Positions 31,282 through 42,191 of a DNA stretch of 64,000 bases are shown one piece after another. The notes beneath the pieces were generated by a model, which was not told the origin of the DNA, did not search any database, and worked only from the letters and a program-made list of their open reading frames with translations. Source of the stretch: an uncultured Methanoculleus sp. Its GTDB lineage: Archaea; Halobacteriota; Methanomicrobia; Methanomicrobiales; Methanoculleaceae. The stretch spans positions 143,103 to 207,102 of the forward strand of contig CAYPRO010000001.1 of the NCBI GenBank assembly GCA_964413225.1, given 5' to 3'. Both the position numbers and the translations under genes were made by a program. The first letter of the stretch is position 1. Each line of letters opens with the position of its first letter.

Positions 31282-31324
31282 TCGATAGGGATGGCAAAAG
31301 GAGTTACTGTAGTACAGCAACAGG
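31282..31324 (+). repeat. Diverged 43 bp direct repeat, right copy
   Basis: Core GTTACTGTAGTACAGCAAC at 31303-31321. Confidence 0.8.
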
Positions 31325-31389
31325 GGGTCACGGGTCATCAACCGCCCCATAGCATGCCACAAAAAAAGTATCAAAGGAGAGATGTCCGG

Positions 31390-31716
31390 CTATTCGCTTC
31401 CCTTCACGGCCTGCTGCGCTTTCTTTGCCCGTTCTTTTGCTGTATACCCGGTCACCTGCTGGAGGTAGTTACGGAACCGGCGGTTGGTATCGATGATCGT
31501 ATCGTCGCCGGCGTCTTTGTCGGCCTCGGTATCGACGATCAATGTCTTGCCACTTTCGCCGGACCAGACCTCAAGGCGCCGGAGCGCTCCGTAGGAGATG
31601 GTGTAGTGGCCGTCATCCGAGGGAGCGGGTTCGAGTCCGAACTGGTCGCGGAGTCCCTGTACCATGGATTTAGCAAGATCTTTTGTGTATCCGCGTTTGA
31701 TCTGGTATTCCTGCAT
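31390..31716 (-). CDS. Conserved archaeal protein (DUF5611-like)
   Basis: MQEYQIKRG, SYGAL, TGYTAKER. Confidence 0.8.
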   Translation of the reverse strand: MQEYQIKRGYTKDLAKSMVQGLRDQFGLEPAPSDDGHYTISYGALRRLEVWSGESGKTLIVDTEADKDAGDDTIIDTNRRFRNYLQQVTGYTAKERAKKAQQAVKGSE

Positions 31717-31775
31717 AATATTTTTAAGGGACAGCCAGCTATGTTAAACTAATCCGGAAGTGAGTGGTTGATCCC

Positions 31776-32489
31776 ATGGAAGATATAAAGGTTATATCCA
31801 GAAACCTTGCCGGCGCCGAAAAGACGGTGCTGATCGGGTTTCCCGGCAGCGGGCTCGTCGGGAGTATTGCCCTGCAGTACCTCGTTGAACAGATGGATTT
31901 CGAGCAGATCGGGGCTATAACGAGCAAATACTTCCCGCCGGTCGCTCTCATGACGAGGGGCGTGATCAACGCCCCCGTACGCCTCTACGAGAAGGACAGC
32001 ATCGCCGCGATCATATCGGATGTCCCCATCCACCCTATGATCTGTTATGAGGTGGCAAACGGCATCATGGATTGGCTCACCCCGTTCGGCATCAAGGAGA
32101 TCGCCACGATCGCAGGGATCATAACGAACGAACCCGAAAAAAGGGTCTTTGGTGTCGCGACCACAAGAGAGGTTCTCCAGCGGATCGAGGAGCAGACGAT
32201 CATCCTCCCCATGGGGAGCATATCCGGTATTGCAGCAAGCCTCCTCACGGAGTGCAAGACCCGGGGCATCCCGGGGATCGGGCTCCTCGGTGAGACGGTG
32301 AACACCCCCGACCCACGGTCTTCCGCGGCCACGATCGAGGTCTTGAACAGAATATACGACCTCAACCTGGATGTAAAGCCTCTGCTTGAGCAAGCGGTGG
32401 AGATCGAGGCGGCGATGGCCCAGATCGCCGAACAGGTGCAGAAGACCGAGACTACGCCGCGGAGAGATCAACTGCCGATGTACGGGTGA
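31776..32489 (+). CDS. Proteasome assembly chaperone, PAC2 family
   Basis: GFPGSGLVGSIA, PDPRSSA, C-terminal MYG HbYX motif. Confidence 0.92.
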   Translation: MEDIKVISRNLAGAEKTVLIGFPGSGLVGSIALQYLVEQMDFEQIGAITSKYFPPVALMTRGVINAPVRLYEKDSIAAIISDVPIHPMICYEVANGIMDWLTPFGIKEIATIAGIITNEPEKRVFGVATTREVLQRIEEQTIILPMGSISGIAASLLTECKTRGIPGIGLLGETVNTPDPRSSAATIEVLNRIYDLNLDVKPLLEQAVEIEAAMAQIAEQVQKTETTPRRDQLPMYG

Positions 32490-32494
32490 TGACC

Positions 32495-32884
32495 ATGAAG
32501 TGCGCAGCGTTAACCGGAATATCACCGCTGGTCATATCTGAACTCAAGATCGGCAAGGCACGCACCCTCGAGTTGAACAGCGCCCACAACATCATCACGC
32601 TGACAGAGGCCGCCCCGGGCGAGTGCGTCTTCATGACATCGGTCAACGGGGAGGATCTCTCGCCAGGGGACCCCGGGATCATGGTCGACCTCCTCGCCCT
32701 CACCATAAGCATGAAGAGGATGGAGTTCATCAACCCGTCTTTCATTGAGGAGCGGGAACGGATGTCGGCCCGGATCAAGGTCCAGTTCCGCGGAACGACC
32801 ATCGCCCGCGATGTGGAGGCACGCAAGTGGGGAGATCCGACCATGGTCGAGATCGTCAGATCGGCGTGTTACCGTGCCGGATGA
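32495..32884 (+). CDS. DUF473-family protein
   Basis: ALTGIS..VISEL..RTLELNSAHN. Confidence 0.8.
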   Translation: MKCAALTGISPLVISELKIGKARTLELNSAHNIITLTEAAPGECVFMTSVNGEDLSPGDPGIMVDLLALTISMKRMEFINPSFIEERERMSARIKVQFRGTTIARDVEARKWGDPTMVEIVRSACYRAG

Positions 32885-32967
32885 GGATATGCTTCCTCTT
32901 TTTTGGGTGCTCCGGGTTTCAAAGGGTTAATATCTCAAGACCGCCAAAATGTATGGGAATATTAAAA

Positions 32968-33042
32968 GGGTCTGTGGCTTAGCCAGGACATAGCGCCGGG
33001 CTTCTAACCCGGATGCCGAGGGTTCGAATCCCTCCAGGCCCG
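32968..33042 (+). tRNA. tRNA-Arg(TCT)
   Basis: Cloverleaf; anticodon arm CCGGG-CT-TCT-AA-CCCGG; GAGGG-TTCGAAT-CCCTC; no intron. Confidence 0.96.
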
Positions 33043-33253
33043 TTCTTTCTCAATAACCGACGATTATATTACATCATCGAGGTACATCTTTCTGATGGGA
33101 CTCTTCTTGGAGGATCATGTCCCCCTCGGGGGGGATCCGGTCCCGGCGATACCGGAATGCACGCGGCAGATATCGACCTCGTAACGGGGATGCTCTTACC
33201 GGCACCGGACGGGGCGCAGATGCCCACGGGACCGCATGAATGGAGGGAACGAC

Positions 33254-34054
33254 ATGGAAGTGGAGTCTGTAAAACTCGTCTATTTTTCACCGACAAATAC
33301 GACAAAGACGGTTCTCCGGGGCATCGTTCATGGGATGAACCCCGGTCGCGTGGAAGAGCTGGATATCACCCGGCCTGCTGCAAGGGTACAGCCGCTGCAG
33401 ATATCGGAGAGGGAGTTGCTCATCATAGGCGTGCCGGTGTACATGGGGAGGGTGCCGGCGCTCCTGACCGACTGGCTGCATGCCGTCTCTGCTCAGGATA
33501 CGCCGACGGTCTGTGTCGTCGTCTACGGCAACCGTCTGTACGGCGATGCGCTCATCGAGCTTGGGGATATACTGGCCCGGCGCGGGTGCAGACCGATCGC
33601 CGGCGCGGCTTACATCGGGGAGCACTCGCTCTCTACCGATGAGATGCCTATGGTCGCCGGCCGGCCGGATGCAGGCGACCTCTCCCATGCGGCTATGTTC
33701 GGGCGGATGGTGGAGGAGAAACTCAACGCCATCCCTTCGGCCAACCGGATCACCGGGGTCGATATGCCCGGCTGCCGCCCCTACCGGGGAGGTACGGAGT
33801 TATGGACCGGCGACTTCATCGAGGTCGACGATGCGTGTATCCGGTGCGGGATCTGTGCGGAGGTATGCCCCGTAGGCGCCATCGATCCGGAGGACAGCCG
33901 CTCGATCGACGTGAATGCATGCATCACCTGCTGCGCATGCATCAGGAGCTGCCCTCTGCATGCCCGATCGATCAAACCCGGGCCGGTTATGGATCTATCG
34001 GTGCGCCTCCATACGCTCTGTGGCGAGAGAAAAGAGCCGGAATACTTCCTGTAA
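33254..34054 (+). CDS. EFR1-family flavodoxin/4Fe-4S ferredoxin fusion
   Basis: YFSPTNTT, VYGNR, two CxxCxxCxxxCP motifs. Confidence 0.9.
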   Translation: MEVESVKLVYFSPTNTTKTVLRGIVHGMNPGRVEELDITRPAARVQPLQISERELLIIGVPVYMGRVPALLTDWLHAVSAQDTPTVCVVVYGNRLYGDALIELGDILARRGCRPIAGAAYIGEHSLSTDEMPMVAGRPDAGDLSHAAMFGRMVEEKLNAIPSANRITGVDMPGCRPYRGGTELWTGDFIEVDDACIRCGICAEVCPVGAIDPEDSRSIDVNACITCCACIRSCPLHARSIKPGPVMDLSVRLHTLCGERKEPEYFL

Positions 34055-34093
34055 TAGGTAGATTCATGCCGGCCAGCGGGATATATTTCAGTG

Positions 34094-34954
34094 ATGCATA
34101 CTGAGAAGACGCATGCGGAACACCATCCGTTCTACGCAGTTCGCCCCCTTCTCCCCGTCTACCCCGAGCCTGAGAGCCCGGCGCCCGCACGGAAGCGCTG
34201 GATCCTTGTTCGGGATGGCTCCGTTCTCTTCAGGGCCGATCCGGCGCCCGGCACCGTTCTTATGCCGGACCCGCTCCCCGGGGATCTCGCGCGCGGCGCG
34301 CCGGTCTACCTCGGCACCCGCGACGGGATCGTGTACTACGTAGCGGAGGTTCTTGCCGCTCTGCCGGCCGGCTGGCAGCAGTCGCCGGTACGGGAACTCT
34401 CTGGCAGGGTTCCACAGAGCGATATGGCCATAGCCGCCTACGCTCTGCGGATCCTCGACTTCGACCGGTCGACGGCCTTCTGCGGCAGATGCGGCGCAAA
34501 AACCCGCCCGCTCACGACAGAGAGGGCACGGGCCTGCACGGCCTGCGGCCGCGTCGTCTACCCCCGGATCTCTCCTGCCATAATCGTTCTGATCAAGAAG
34601 GGAGAAGAGGAGATCCTTCTTGCCCGCTCCCCCGGCTTTGCGCCGGGGGTATTCTCGGTCATCGCCGGTTTCAACGAGCCCGGCGAGAACCTGGAAGAGA
34701 CCGTCCACCGCGAGGTCGGAGAGGAGGTCGGTATTGCGGTGCAGAACCTCCGCTACTTCGGGAGCGAGCCCTGGCCGTTCCCCGACTCTCTCATGATCGG
34801 GTTTGTCGCAGACCATGCGGGAGGGGATATACGGATCGACAACCGTGAGATCGAGGCCGCCGGCTGGTTCACCCGCGATACCCTGCCCCCCCTTCCCTCG
34901 AAGATGAGCATATCGCGGGCGCTCATAGAGGCCTGGGTCCGGCGGGAGATATGA
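34094..34954 (+). CDS. nudC: NAD(H) diphosphatase
   Basis: FCGRCG zinc ribbon, Nudix box GFNEPGENLEETVHREVGEEVG, SEPWPFPDSLM. Confidence 0.93.
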   Translation: MHTEKTHAEHHPFYAVRPLLPVYPEPESPAPARKRWILVRDGSVLFRADPAPGTVLMPDPLPGDLARGAPVYLGTRDGIVYYVAEVLAALPAGWQQSPVRELSGRVPQSDMAIAAYALRILDFDRSTAFCGRCGAKTRPLTTERARACTACGRVVYPRISPAIIVLIKKGEEEILLARSPGFAPGVFSVIAGFNEPGENLEETVHREVGEEVGIAVQNLRYFGSEPWPFPDSLMIGFVADHAGGDIRIDNREIEAAGWFTRDTLPPLPSKMSISRALIEAWVRREI

Positions 34955-35179
34955 GGGAGGAACCATTCAGGTACCGCTCATACCGACGACAGTTCACATG
35001 TTGCCCTGAATAGTTCCTTCCTTTTTGGCCGGGACAATCTCTTTTCCTGCCCTGATCGGTCCCCAGCGTGGTTATACTGCGATAATCGACAGATATATCG
35101 TTGCGTCACAAGGCATCAGGTCGATACGGAATACTCTATTAAGTCTCCTGATCTATTGTATCTAGAAGCGTGAATCATC

Positions 35180-35920
35180 ATGAGCAGATATCGGAACCCA
35201 CCTATCGTCGAAGCGGTCTGTGAGTTCCGTTTTTCCGCGGATACGCCGTGGGAACAAAACCTCTCCGAACGATTCTACGATGCCGTCAAAGAAAGGTTCC
35301 CGATCCGGGAATCACGGAGAGAGCAGATAATCCAGATTAAGACAGATAACAAGGGGACTACGGAACACAGACTGGAAGCGATCGAGACGCCGATCTTCCT
35401 GGCTGGTGACCGCAGAACGCTCATTCAGATCGGTTCGCGGAGACTCTCCATTCATCGCCTGAAACCCTACCGCTCATGGGACGACTTCAGGCTAACGATC
35501 AATCAGGCCTACGATACAATAACCTCCCTCACCAAAGCCACCGGATTCGACCGCATCGGCCTTCTCTATGTCGATAAGATCGAGATCCCCGGAGATGACA
35601 TCAAGCTTGCAGACTACTTTACCTTCTACCCTCATTGTGGAGAGGGTCTCCCCGGAGACGTCATGAACTTCATGGTCGGTTGTGACTTCTCGTACAACCA
35701 GAACAGGGATGTCTGCCGACTGAGTCTGACGCGGGCAATGCCGGAGAGACAGGGCGCCTCAGCATATCTGCTTACAATTGACTACTTCCTTGCGAGGAGG
35801 AATACGGTCGAACCTCAAAATGCACTTATGTGGGTTGATGAAGCACATAATATGATAAAAACGCTCTTTGGAGGCTGTGCCACGGAAAAACTGGAAGAGA
35901 TCTTCACTGAGGGCGGATGA
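35180..35920 (+). CDS. TIGR04255-like protein, function unknown
   Basis: YRNPPIVEAVCEFRF, Y.SW..F, RIGLLYVDKI, IDYF pattern. Confidence 0.82.
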   Translation: MSRYRNPPIVEAVCEFRFSADTPWEQNLSERFYDAVKERFPIRESRREQIIQIKTDNKGTTEHRLEAIETPIFLAGDRRTLIQIGSRRLSIHRLKPYRSWDDFRLTINQAYDTITSLTKATGFDRIGLLYVDKIEIPGDDIKLADYFTFYPHCGEGLPGDVMNFMVGCDFSYNQNRDVCRLSLTRAMPERQGASAYLLTIDYFLARRNTVEPQNALMWVDEAHNMIKTLFGGCATEKLEEIFTEGG

Positions 35921-35921
35921 C

Positions 35922-36488
35922 ATGAGGTATACTCCTTTTGTCGACCCCTTTGAAGTGCATCAGAGGAGATATCGCTACCCTTCTTACGTTGATGAGGCCA
36001 TCTCGTGCCCCTCTCCCATAGAGAACATCATAAAACTCATCAAAGATCTCTTCAGCGATATCGCCTGGGAATTCTGCGAATTTATCGAACAAACGCTCAT
36101 CCAGAGCGAGTACTGGCAGGGCAGCGCCAGCGTATACCCCGCCATAGAGACATCGCTCCTTGGGTTGCGGGACATCCTCGGGTTCGTATTCCCGAGTCCC
36201 GGAGAAGTGGTTGAGTATCTCGTTCAGAATCCCGGTCTTTATGATGTGGTCATGTACGCCTGTTCGATGACCGCAGAGGAGTTCGGCAGCACCGCGGAGA
36301 TCACGCTCGACATCTTCCACGATCCTGAAAGCGATGACCGTTACCTGACCCTCTACGTCAGGCAGAAAGAGTACGATGACGACATTATCGCAAGGATGGA
36401 TAGAATCTGTGATCTCTACGAATCGGGTCTGAAGAATATATCCGGTTGGCTCCTCCTGACTACTGACTACAAACCTCCCTCAGCGTAA
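35922..36488 (+). CDS. Hypothetical protein, middle gene of three-gene cassette (possible degenerate MNT-like C-terminus)
   Basis: 1 bp and 2 bp gaps to neighbours; acidic DPESDDRYLTLYVRQ segment. Confidence 0.75.
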   Translation: MRYTPFVDPFEVHQRRYRYPSYVDEAISCPSPIENIIKLIKDLFSDIAWEFCEFIEQTLIQSEYWQGSASVYPAIETSLLGLRDILGFVFPSPGEVVEYLVQNPGLYDVVMYACSMTAEEFGSTAEITLDIFHDPESDDRYLTLYVRQKEYDDDIIARMDRICDLYESGLKNISGWLLLTTDYKPPSA

Positions 36489-36490
36489 CA

Positions 36491-36865
36491 ATGACGTTCT
36501 CCTGGGCACAATTCGTCGAGATCGCTGAATATCTCAAAAATCAGGGCGACATCAATGAGAGCCTGCAAGAAGCTGCATACCGCAGTTCTGTAAGCCGGGC
36601 ATACTATGGAGCATACCGCCATGCTGAGAATTATGCAAAGGATACGGGGAATTACGCGCCAAATGGTATCGGCACCGACCACGGTAACTTACGATCCTGG
36701 TTCACGGGCAGGGATAAGGGCGAGATCTCTCGCCGTCTCAGCCGCCTCCATCAATGGCGTAAAGAGTGTGATTATAACGAACCATTTCTGAGAATAACCG
36801 ATTTATCACTGTGTGTACGTGATTCTATCGATGAGGCCAGGAAGGTTGTTGCTGCCCTGACCTGA
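36491..36865 (+). CDS. HEPN-domain protein
   Basis: RSSVSRAYYGAY, H..L, LHQWRKECDY (Rx3DY type). Confidence 0.82.
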   Translation: MTFSWAQFVEIAEYLKNQGDINESLQEAAYRSSVSRAYYGAYRHAENYAKDTGNYAPNGIGTDHGNLRSWFTGRDKGEISRRLSRLHQWRKECDYNEPFLRITDLSLCVRDSIDEARKVVAALT

Positions 36866-37006
36866 TGCTTGCCGACTTCTCGTAGAAGCGCCGCATGAGG
36901 CTATATCATCTGCTGACGGGTTTGAATCTCTTCCCCATAGAACCCATCCGGTTGGTTCATTCCCCCGACCGCGATATTGATGCCAGCAGATGACCAATCA
37001 GATCGT

Positions 37007-37321
37007 ATGGAACACAGAACGGTCAGCCTGACCGGAAAGGATGCCGACGGGTACATAATACCCCTTGGCCCGGTGAACCTTGTCGCGGTGGTGACCGATA
37101 CCGGTATGGTCGGCTGCGGCGCGTTCGATATCGATGCGCTTGAGAAGTTCGGCTACCCCGCGGCGCGGGTCAGACCCGCGGGAGGCGCACCCTCGATCGA
37201 TACGGTCGAGGATCTCCTCCGCGGCGAGATCAAAGGGGCGAATCGGTATGCACATGAGCGCGGCGTTGCCGTCGGCATGACCGGGAGAGAGGCGCTCGAT
37301 CGTCTCTCGTCTCCGGACTAA
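37007..37321 (+). CDS. YunC/DUF1805-family protein
   Basis: GMVGCGAFDI, GMTGREAL. Confidence 0.85.
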   Translation: MEHRTVSLTGKDADGYIIPLGPVNLVAVVTDTGMVGCGAFDIDALEKFGYPAARVRPAGGAPSIDTVEDLLRGEIKGANRYAHERGVAVGMTGREALDRLSSPD

Positions 37322-37422
37322 CACCCTCACCCCTTCAAACGGTGCCTCTGCCGGCCGTTCATCCTCCCGGGGCACCGCTCCACCCATAGTTTCAAATACA
37401 GGGCGGTACCCAAAGGCTGCTC

Positions 37423-37935
37423 GTGAAAGGGGGGGCCATTTCTACCGTAACAGCGACGCTCTGCGCAGTCGTCATAGCCACAGTGATGATGACCGTTGTA
37501 GCCGCGATACTCCTTGCGCCGGGAGAGGGAGCGGGGCTTTCGTCTCCGAAGATCAGCCCCGCCCCCCCGGTGGAGGTCATCGCCGGCTACAACGGGACGC
37601 CGGTGATACGCATAGCCGGGGATGGGATCAACTTCACGGAGTGCCGGGTCTACCTCACCGACCCCGGCGGAGTGCTCCATAACGTCGAGATCGCAGTCCT
37701 CGCGAACACGGCCTCTGCCGACATGTACATCTTTTATCTACCTATCAAGGACCGTTCCGCGCCCGGCTACTGGATCACAGACGACCCCGACCTGGTCTTT
37801 ACCTCCGCCTACCACTCCGGCATCCGGCCGTTCTTGCCCGACGGCGAGTGGCGGGTCGTCGTCTACGATCAGCGCTCGATGAAAAACAGGATCGATCGGG
37901 TCGTCCCGATCAGTGGACCTTCGTCCCCGGCCTGA
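37423..37935 (+). CDS. Archaeal type IV pilin-like protein
   Basis: Class III signal-like KGG/AISTV followed by a hydrophobic helix; W.VVVYD C-terminal motif. Confidence 0.65.
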   Translation: MKGGAISTVTATLCAVVIATVMMTVVAAILLAPGEGAGLSSPKISPAPPVEVIAGYNGTPVIRIAGDGINFTECRVYLTDPGGVLHNVEIAVLANTASADMYIFYLPIKDRSAPGYWITDDPDLVFTSAYHSGIRPFLPDGEWRVVVYDQRSMKNRIDRVVPISGPSSPA

Positions 37936-39904
37936 CGGGCCGGAGAGGGACCAGGAGGGAGGCCTCGTCCCCGGCGGCGAGGATCATACCCCGGCTCTCG
38001 ACGCCGAATATATTTGCCGGGGCAAGGTTTGCGATCATGGCGACATTCTTGCCCACCAATTCGTCGGGGGTGTAGAACTGTGCGATCCCGCTGACCACCT
38101 GGCGCCTCTCGCTTCCAAGGTCGATGATGAGTTTATAGAGCTTCTTTGAGCCCTTGATCGGTTCGGCCGAGAGAACATTTCCCACCCGGATCTCGAGTTT
38201 TGCAAACTCCTCTATTGAGACGGTGCTCGTCCTCTTCTTTGCGGCCGCGTCCGCCGCTTCCACCCGGGCGTTGAGGATCTTCTCGAGATCGTTTGTCTGC
38301 GCATCCTCGATCTTTGTAAAGAGGGTGGTGGGCTTTGCGAGCGCTCTTGCCCCGACCGGCGCCGTGGCCTCCGCTATGGGGTGATCCGAGACACTGTCGC
38401 CGCAGCCGAGCATATCCCAGGCCCGCTGCATCGACTCAGGCATCAGGGGTTCAAACGTCAGGATGAGCGCCTTCACGACCTGGAGGCAGTCGGCGATCAC
38501 CTGTTCTGCCGCACCCCGGTCCTCCTTGATCAGTTTCCAGGGGGCGTTGTTCTGTATGTAGGCGTTCCCAAACGCCGCAAGCCCCATCATGGAGTCGACG
38601 GCGTTCTTGAAGTCGTAGTCCCGCATCGCCGCATCGACCCCGGCAAGAGACCGTTCGATCTCATCGATGATGGCCGGCCGGGGGGGGAGGTCTGGCACGC
38701 CGCCAAATTCCTTCTGTGCGAAGTACATCGTCCGGTATATGAAGTTCCCGAGGGTTCCGACGATCTCCTTGTTCACCCGCTCGGCGTAGACCTTCCAGGA
38801 GAAGTCGAGTTCCTTTGTATGGTTCGTGTAGGAGAGGAGGTAGTAGCGGAGGTAGTCTGCCGGGAGGCCTTTATCCAGGTAGTCGTCGTTTGTCCAGACG
38901 ACGTAGCCGCGGGATTTTGAGAACTTCTTCCCCTCGATCGTGACCATGCCGCTTGCAACCACAGCGTGCGGGAGACCGTAGCCCGCTCCCTTGAGGAGGG
39001 CCGGCCAGAATATGCAGTGGTGGTATATGATGTCGCCGCCTATGAAGTGGGTGACCCCTGTCTCATCGCCGCACCAGTAATCCTTCCAGTCGGCTCCCGC
39101 GGCCTCTGCCCACTCCTTCGTGAACGATATGTAGCCGATCGGTGCGTCGACCCAGACGTAGACGACGAGGCCGTCGCTCCCCGGGAAGGGAACGCCCCAC
39201 TCCATCGTCCGGCTGATGCACCAGTCGTGCAGGAGTTCCTTCACCCACCCGAGGGCGTAGTTTCGGGCGGTCGCGGTGCCCTCGAGGGTGGGGAGGTACT
39301 CGAGGAGGAGATCGCGAAACGCCGAGAGTTTGAAGAAATAGTGCTCTTGCTCCCGGTTCTCCGCCTTCCCGCCGCATATCTTGCAGACCGCATCTCTGAT
39401 CTCGCCGGGTTCAAGGTGCTGCCCGCACCCCTGGTCGCACTCGTCGCCCCTGGCGATGGCGCCGCAGTGGGGGCAGACTCCCTCGACGTAGCGGTCGGGG
39501 AGGAACCGCTCGCACTCGGGGCAGTAGCTCTGGCTGATGGTTTTTGTGTAGACGTAGCCGTTATCGATGAGGCGTTCGACTATAGAGCGGGTGGTCTTGC
39601 GGTTCGTGGCGTCGTCGGTCATGCCGAACCGGTCGAAGACGACCTCCATCCGCCGGAACGTCTCGTAGAAGTGCCGATGGTAGCGCTCCGAGAGTTCGCG
39701 GGGGGTCGAGCCCTCCCGCTCGGCACTGATCACGATAGGCGTTCCGTGGTTATCGGACCCGCATATGAAGATTACCTCCTCCCCGGATCGGCGCATATAC
39801 CGGACATAGAAGTCCGCCGGCACATAGGTCCGCAGATGCCCGATATGGCAGGGACCGTTCGTGTACGGGAGCCCGCACGTTACCAGCAACGGCTTACCAC
39901 TCAT
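37910..39904 (-). CDS. metG: Methionine--tRNA ligase
   Basis: [30 protein letters not shown]-terminal tRNA-binding OB fold. Confidence 0.97.
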   Translation of the reverse strand: MSGKPLLVTCGLPYTNGPCHIGHLRTYVPADFYVRYMRRSGEEVIFICGSDNHGTPIVISAEREGSTPRELSERYHRHFYETFRRMEVVFDRFGMTDDATNRKTTRSIVERLIDNGYVYTKTISQSYCPECERFLPDRYVEGVCPHCGAIARGDECDQGCGQHLEPGEIRDAVCKICGGKAENREQEHYFFKLSAFRDLLLEYLPTLEGTATARNYALGWVKELLHDWCISRTMEWGVPFPGSDGLVVYVWVDAPIGYISFTKEWAEAAGADWKDYWCGDETGVTHFIGGDIIYHHCIFWPALLKGAGYGLPHAVVASGMVTIEGKKFSKSRGYVVWTNDDYLDKGLPADYLRYYLLSYTNHTKELDFSWKVYAERVNKEIVGTLGNFIYRTMYFAQKEFGGVPDLPPRPAIIDEIERSLAGVDAAMRDYDFKNAVDSMMGLAAFGNAYIQNNAPWKLIKEDRGAAEQVIADCLQVVKALILTFEPLMPESMQRAWDMLGCGDSVSDHPIAEATAPVGARALAKPTTLFTKIEDAQTNDLEKILNARVEAADAAAKKRTSTVSIEEFAKLEIRVGNVLSAEPIKGSKKLYKLIIDLGSERRQVVSGIAQFYTPDELVGKNVAMIANLAPANIFGVESRGMILAAGDEASLLVPLRPVRPGTKVH

Positions 39905-39946
39905 CCTTATCTACTCTGGTTGCGATGCTAATAAAGAGATCAGCGC

Positions 39947-40729
39947 ATGGCACGACGGATTACGATACCGGTTCGAGCCTTCGGCTCAGAGGTCGGTATG
40001 CCCGCGGTACCCGAACTTGCGGAGTGGCTGAAGGGCATGAGGGGAGAGGAGGCGGATCTCATGACATACCGGCTCGGCCGCTCTCTCGGCGCGCAGGAGG
40101 GTGTGGCGGTGCCCGCGGCCGGCGGCATATTCTACGGCGAGCGGTGGCGTGAGGCCTTCACGGGTATGGCGGACGGGGTGCTCGTCGGGGAGCCGGGCGT
40201 CGACTCGTCCGCCGTGGCCGCGGATGCCCGTTACATCAGGGCGAAGCGGAAGGAGGCGTGGTTCTCCCTCCCCGCGCCCCACATGCTCGGGTTTCGCGAC
40301 GCCTATATCGGAGATGAAGAGGAGTTCGCCGGTGTGATCGCGGCCGGGTATGCCCGACTTGCGCGGGATATGCGTGATCTGGGTGTGCGAGGACATATCT
40401 TCGTGGCCGAGCGGGCGGATGAGGCCGAACTCGAACGGCTGGCCGGCAACAAAATCCTCTTCTTCCCCCGGGATCCGGGGAGGTTCGATCTCGACCTCCT
40501 GCTTGAGTACCAGGATGCCCTCATCCTCCCGGCGGGCGACATCGACCGGGCGGCGGATATCATGGAGCGGTTCCGCGTCCGGAGATTGATCCTGCTCGAC
40601 CCGGATGATCTCTTGGTTGCTACGACGCTTGTCGATCCGGATATGCTCGAGGTCGGCGGCTACTGCTCCGGGGAGGGCTGCCCGGACTACTGGGAGAGTC
40701 TCGTCGGCCGGGCGTTCATCTCTCGATAG
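39947..40729 (+). CDS. Conserved hypothetical protein, possibly degenerate MetE/UROD-like barrel
   Basis: Clean ORF divergent from metG; LPAPH and ARDMRDLGV segments; fold is a guess. Confidence 0.55.
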   Translation: MARRITIPVRAFGSEVGMPAVPELAEWLKGMRGEEADLMTYRLGRSLGAQEGVAVPAAGGIFYGERWREAFTGMADGVLVGEPGVDSSAVAADARYIRAKRKEAWFSLPAPHMLGFRDAYIGDEEEFAGVIAAGYARLARDMRDLGVRGHIFVAERADEAELERLAGNKILFFPRDPGRFDLDLLLEYQDALILPAGDIDRAADIMERFRVRRLILLDPDDLLVATTLVDPDMLEVGGYCSGEGCPDYWESLVGRAFISR

Positions 40730-41690
40730 ACTCCGCCGCATTCGCGAGGCGGCGGTAGTGGCGGTTCTTCTTCAGGAGCCAGAAAAGGATGCGGTCAAAG
40801 AGGGTGAAGGGAAACGTGCCCCCCGCCGCGTGGGGATGGCCGCCGCCGGAGAACTCGCGGGCGATGATGTGGCTGATGGGGGGGACGGAGCGTATGGATA
40901 TCCGGCCGTTTGAAGAGACGATCACCTCGATGTCGGTGTCGAGCTCGTCGCGGATGGCATGCGCGGTCTCGCTTGGGTAGCCGTAGAGGGGGGCGAAGGC
41001 TATCCTGTAGTGGTCGCCCTCGATGAGGGTGGTGTGCTTGATGCTTTTGCTGATGTCGCGCTCCATCTCGCGGACGATCGTCTCGTACTCGTTCTCCACC
41101 TTCGCATCGGCGATGGTGCCCCGGACGAGGTTGTCGCGGACGTACTCCCGGCAGCCTTTCCTCATGACGACCTGGCCGAGCATCTTTGACCGGGGGTCTT
41201 TGTGCTTCCAGAGGTCGTAGTCGCAGACGACCTGTGCAATATCGGTGGCTACCGGATCAGTGCCGGCAAGGTCGCGGGCGACGATACCTGTCGCGCAGGT
41301 GGAGGTGTCTATGTGGAGGAGGGCTGTCTTCTTCTCGACGGCCCGGATCTCTTCGTCCTTCCAGCGGTGGTGGTCCCGCCACTCGATCCGCCATCCGTTC
41401 GACCGGGCTTTTGCGAGCCGCTGTTCGACACCCTGCTGGTAGCCGATGTCCGATATGCTGAGGAGGTCGCCCCGGCCCGGGGAGCCGGCCACGGCGTCGA
41501 GGTTTGAGAGGAACTTGCCGACCGATGACCAGACGGTGAAGACATCCCCGTAGACCCTCCGGTGAATGGCGTCGCTTCCGACGGCATCAAGGTCGTTATG
41601 CGTGAGGTGTACGACGGCAGCCGTCCTTTCAGAGAGTGCCTGCATGAGGTTTGCGCCGCGGGTATCGGGTTTGTTATCGCTCCGGCCCAT
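40716..41690 (-). CDS. DHH/DHHA1 phosphoesterase
   Basis: THNDLDA, RDHH, DYDLW, GGGHPHAAG. Confidence 0.92.
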   Translation of the reverse strand: MGRSDNKPDTRGANLMQALSERTAAVVHLTHNDLDAVGSDAIHRRVYGDVFTVWSSVGKFLSNLDAVAGSPGRGDLLSISDIGYQQGVEQRLAKARSNGWRIEWRDHHRWKDEEIRAVEKKTALLHIDTSTCATGIVARDLAGTDPVATDIAQVVCDYDLWKHKDPRSKMLGQVVMRKGCREYVRDNLVRGTIADAKVENEYETIVREMERDISKSIKHTTLIEGDHYRIAFAPLYGYPSETAHAIRDELDTDIEVIVSSNGRISIRSVPPISHIIAREFSGGGHPHAAGGTFPFTLFDRILFWLLKKNRHYRRLANAAESIER

Positions 41691-41825
41691 TGTTCACATA
41701 TCGGTGTGTGATGAGATAAACAGGCAGCTTCAGGCTTTCCGCCATCTCGCCGCCGGGCGCGAAGGGCTGGCGCTCACCGAGCACAGAGTTTATTAGGGAC
41801 GACAGATAATGTTGTAAGGCAGAAA

Positions 41826-41899
41826 GCCCCTGTAGCTCAGACTGGGAGAGCGCCAGACTGAAGATCTGGTTGTCCCCGGTTCAAATCCGGGCGGGGGCA
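41826..41899 (+). tRNA. tRNA-Phe(GAA)
   Basis: CCAGA-CT-GAA-GA-TCTGG anticodon arm; GGTTCAAATCC T loop. Confidence 0.97.
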
Positions 41900-42191
41900 T
41901 ATTGGCCTATTTTCTTAACGCCTTAGCCGAAAAGAAGACTATAGTGGCGATAACTTCCACGCCTGGCGAGATGAAATATCCTCACATATTCGATATAAGG
42001 CACGATCTCTTTTCCATCATGAAGTTTTGGTCGAGTAAGGAGAAGATCGCGGCGTAAACGAGCGATGTGTGGCTGCCGTGATCGGACTGGTTGAAAATAG
42101 AGCGGGTTATGCCTTCGCCGACACGGTAAGTGTCTACATCAGGCTGGCCCACGCGCCCCGGGCGATCACCTCCTGCCGCCGGGCTTGCAGA

